Source: Selaginella moellendorffii (Eukaryota; Plantae; Lycopodiophyta). From it: DNA of 64,000 nt. Position 1 is the first letter of the stretch. Each line of letters opens with the position of its first letter. Shown in pieces: positions 60,696 through 64,000 of this stretch. Location: assembly GCF_000143415.4 (NCBI RefSeq), contig NW_003314338.1, positions 299,791 to 363,790 of the forward strand, read 5' to 3'. The translations under genes were made by a program, and so were the position numbers. The notes under the pieces are model-generated. The model saw only the letters and a program-made list of their open reading frames with translations. It made no database searches and was not told the DNA's origin.

Positions 60696-61411
60696 AAAAT
60701 CATCATCATCATACTCATCATCCTTCTATATTTAAAAGAGTAAGGGCGACATATTCAATCGAGATTCTTTTCGAGCTTAATGGTGGAGATGAAGACACGT
60801 GGGAAAAACAGTTGAGAGTGGAATGCTTTACAAGTTTTAGGTTTTGTGTATTTTTTTGGAAGCGGAGCAACAGATTGAGGCTCACACTTGGATGAGCAGG
60901 AAATGAATTTTGGACGAGTGATCAAATTTCTGCAGTAGTGTGGTGGTGAAGCACCTGAACATCAATTTCGAGAATTTCGATATGCACTGCACAGTACAGT
61001 AATATGGAGCATGAAGCATATTTCTGAATGTAGTCTGAAACTCTCAACCTCAATCTTCTTATGAAAGGTACTAAAACTGCTGTCACATTGCAGGAAACAA
61101 GCTTGCATACTTTCAGAAGGTTTGTTCAGGACTCTCCAAGAATGAACATTGTCTCTTGGAACTTCTCAATTTGCTCCACCAGAGACTTATCAACATCATT
61201 GCTCTCTACAAGAACAAATTCTGCTTTCACCTGTAAGTCAAGTGTTTCCTTTGAGTTTTCAGCAAGCCAATCGGACTTTGTAACGTCTCTAGACATTTTG
61301 CAGCTCCTGAGAGAAGTTCGCTGTCTGGCCTCCTTGGTTGCCATATATGCAAGTGTTTCCTTCAAAACTTGCGAGACAGGTATAAAATTTTAATTTATAT
61401 TTTATTTTATT

Positions 61412-61920
61412 TTAATCCAAACGCATAGATGGCTTTACGAATTTTTGTCTTTCATACTTGCTTTTGAGAAAACATTGATGGTTGAAAAATAAATATAGAA
61501 AACAGTTTCGCATCTCCTGAACCTTACAAATTCTAATTGCTCTTGATTGGATGATTCTGGCATGGGTCTTTTGCCAAGATTTAGGAACAAAGGCCTCGTA
61601 TGCAGCATTTGCAGCTGCATGGCCACCAATAAACAGCATAAGCTCAACCCCTTTGTCTGTCCAGTCGTTGGAATTTATGGACATAAACTGTTGAAAAAGG
61701 ACATAAAATTGGGAAGAGAGATTATTTACATTTACCTTTGATACAGAAGCTCCCATGCTTCAATGAACAGCATAGCATTTGTCACAGATTATAACTCCAT
61801 GTTTGTAGAGCTGGAGAAACAACAGAAGATGCAGCAAGATGGAAATGAAAATGACTTACCCCCATTGGGGACCCTGCAACCTGCAACCCTGCACATAACT
61901 GGTTGTCTGGTTGCAAGATA
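61412..61920 (-). pseudogene. Four-exon fragment of an ArfGAP domain (AGD11-13/ZAC-like), disabled
   Basis: PDNQLCA..PQW | HGVIICDKCYAVH*SMGASVSK | NDWTDKGVELMLFIGGHAAANAAYEAFVP | KYERQKFVKPSMRL; in-frame stop. Confidence 0.8.
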
Positions 61921-62185
61921 AATGTCTGAAATTTAGTCGTGCTTCTCTCCATTTGCTAGGGTATCAAAGATCCACTTCTGAAAAACAAAGATCGGTGGAC
62001 AGACCCTCTAGCAAAAAAAAGAAGAATAAAAGAAAAAGCATTGCATTGAAAACCATACCTTTAAACAAAGGAAATTCCGAGTCGATGAGCTTAACCTTTA
62101 CTCCAATCCTCGCAATACGCTCTGAGACACATAGATACACTGCAAAAAAAGAGCATTCTCAACTCAGAGGGAAAAGAAAGAACTG

Positions 62186-63243
62186 GGACATCTCTTTCAG
62201 AGATCCAGTAAACTTCTTTCACAGACTTACAAGTGTATTATACAGGTGCTCCGGCTGAACGGTAGAATGCTTTTCAAGTCGATCTGGGTGGAAATCTTGA
62301 GCTATATTAATGCTAATATTATATTATTTTATAATATGTCTACAGACGTTACAAAGTCCGATTGGCTTGCTGAAAACTCAAAGGAAACACTTGACTTACA
62401 GATGAAAGCAGAATTTGTTCTTGTAGAGAGCGATGATGTTGATAAGTCTCTGGTNNNNNNNNNNNNNNNNNNNNNNNNNNNNNNNNNNNNNNNNNNNNNN
62501 NNNNNNNNNNNNNNNNNNNNNNNNNNNNNNNNNNNNNNNNNNNNNNNNNNNNNNATAAAATAATATATATATTTTTATATAATTAAATTATATTTTTGTT
62601 TGAAGCATCAGAGAGCTTCAAGAAACTTAATCTCCAATGTGTATGACTGTAATACATTCCAAGCAAGGTTGTCAGTAATCTAGAGAAGAAGAAAAGAGAA
62701 TACAGATGTTTGCCGGGGAGCTAAAAGTATCAAAATAGAAAACTCATCTCCTCAGTCACTGCCACTTGGCTCACTATTCTCAACACTGAGAACTTGCCAG
62801 TGGATAGATGGACTCGCTGAGGTTAAGCATGTGCAAGCCAACCAAGGTAGCTTGGCCCATGACTCTAGAATGGGATCCAGCTTGTTGTCACTGAGCCATT
62901 GCACATGAAAATGCATTCAGTTTGGCTACAAACAATATGTGAAAGCTTTTTAGCTCAAACTTAAGAGTGCCATACCATTGTTTGGCATGAAGAACTGGAA
63001 GAAATCAGCTTGACTGAGGAAGACAATGTTCAGTCTGCAGCGAACTTGACAAGATGGTGTGTAGTGAGCTGCTTCTGTTAGAGGTAGTGCTGAGCTTGGC
63101 ATATAGCAGCAGAGATAGATTCAAGCAACCTCTTCAAGTGCATTATTGCAATCTCTTGACCAAGCTGAATAGCAAAGTAGAGGATCCGTTAGTAGCAAAG
63201 AGCAAGAAAGGAAGTCTGGATTACCATGTTCATGTAGGCTATG
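62186..63243 (-). pseudogene. AP5Z1: Second, shuffled partial copy of the AP-5 zeta-like gene
   Basis: 62186-62302 matches about 33238-33362; about 62598-63243 matches about 32512-33130, introns included. Confidence 0.7.
62455..62554. other. Assembly gap
   Basis: 100 N. Confidence 1.
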
Positions 63244-64000
63244 TTTAACATTAGCATTTATAAATCTATAAGAGTAATAATAATCACAAAGCCTTTTATA
63301 AGAGAAATCAAGTTTAGAAATAATTAATTTGCTTTTAATTTGCAATTATTTAAAAACAAATGAAAAAAAGATTAGCAGGGATTCCAGCAGAAATAAAATC
63401 AGGGATCCCAGCTCTGATGGGAAGTAGATATAAAAGTCTGTAAATGTAAATTAGTTTTCTGATATAAAAATATACTTTAACGATTCTGTAAATTAATATT
63501 TGTTCATTTTTTAGGTTCTAATAATATTTCCTGAACTTGTGTTACTTAAGTGGTTAATAGATTTAACGTTTTTAGATTGTCATAGCTTACCCAGAGAAAT
63601 TTTGATTGAAGCCAAGCAGGCATTGCAGCCTTGAAGCCTTGGAGGACTTGTACCTTCTATGGAGCACAATCGGTCTGTGGCATATTGCCAACAGAAAGGC
63701 TTCTTAGTGTAGAAAATATTTTTAACAGTTAGAGAAAAGTATGAATGACAACAGCGTCCCCACCGAGGACATGACCGCATGGCAAGTGCTCGACCTCAAG
63801 CACGAATCTTGACATATCCATTCATGCTCTTGCCATTTGAAACAGGTCCTTTAGCCCAACATTCATGCTCCTAGCTGCATTCCTAGCTTTCTTACTACTT
63901 AGATTCATGGTATCTAATGATACCATGCAGAGGTAGCCATGAGGTGCTGGTTTTTATCCTCTCAATGCTTCCAGAGTAGAGTTCCCTTGCAAAGCCCTAC

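Overview
Repeat-dense eukaryotic DNA, most likely a land-plant nuclear genome (iMet-type primer-binding sites, Ty3/gypsy elements, short GT-AG introns). I see no intact protein-coding gene. 1-31 kb and 55-58 kb are dominated by a non-autonomous LTR retrotransposon family ('family A', LARD-like) whose LTRs carry large 6/11/12-bp tandem arrays. Two young complete copies (8576-15441, TSD CCCTT; 17625-25005, TSD TTAGG) each sit inside a solo LTR of a related 'family B'; one of those solo LTRs in turn splits a decayed non-chromoviral gypsy pol. 40044-45645 is a single TSD-bounded (AATAT) composite: a near-complete short-LTR Ty3/gypsy element ('family C'), a template-switch patchwork, and a tandem TRIM whose LTR ends match those of the gypsy element. 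Three more decayed family C copies occur. 31.3-40 kb and 58-64 kb are mosaics of disabled, intron-containing host gene fragments (AP-5 zeta, CbbY-like HAD hydrolase, eIF2B-gamma, AGD11-13/ZAC-like ArfGAP). Best leads: the gypsy+TRIM co-insertion, a five-hairpin RNA cassette with twin tRNA T-loops and a palindromic loop inside family A, and apparent targeting of family A into family B LTRs. Protein identifications come from remembered motifs, not database searches.
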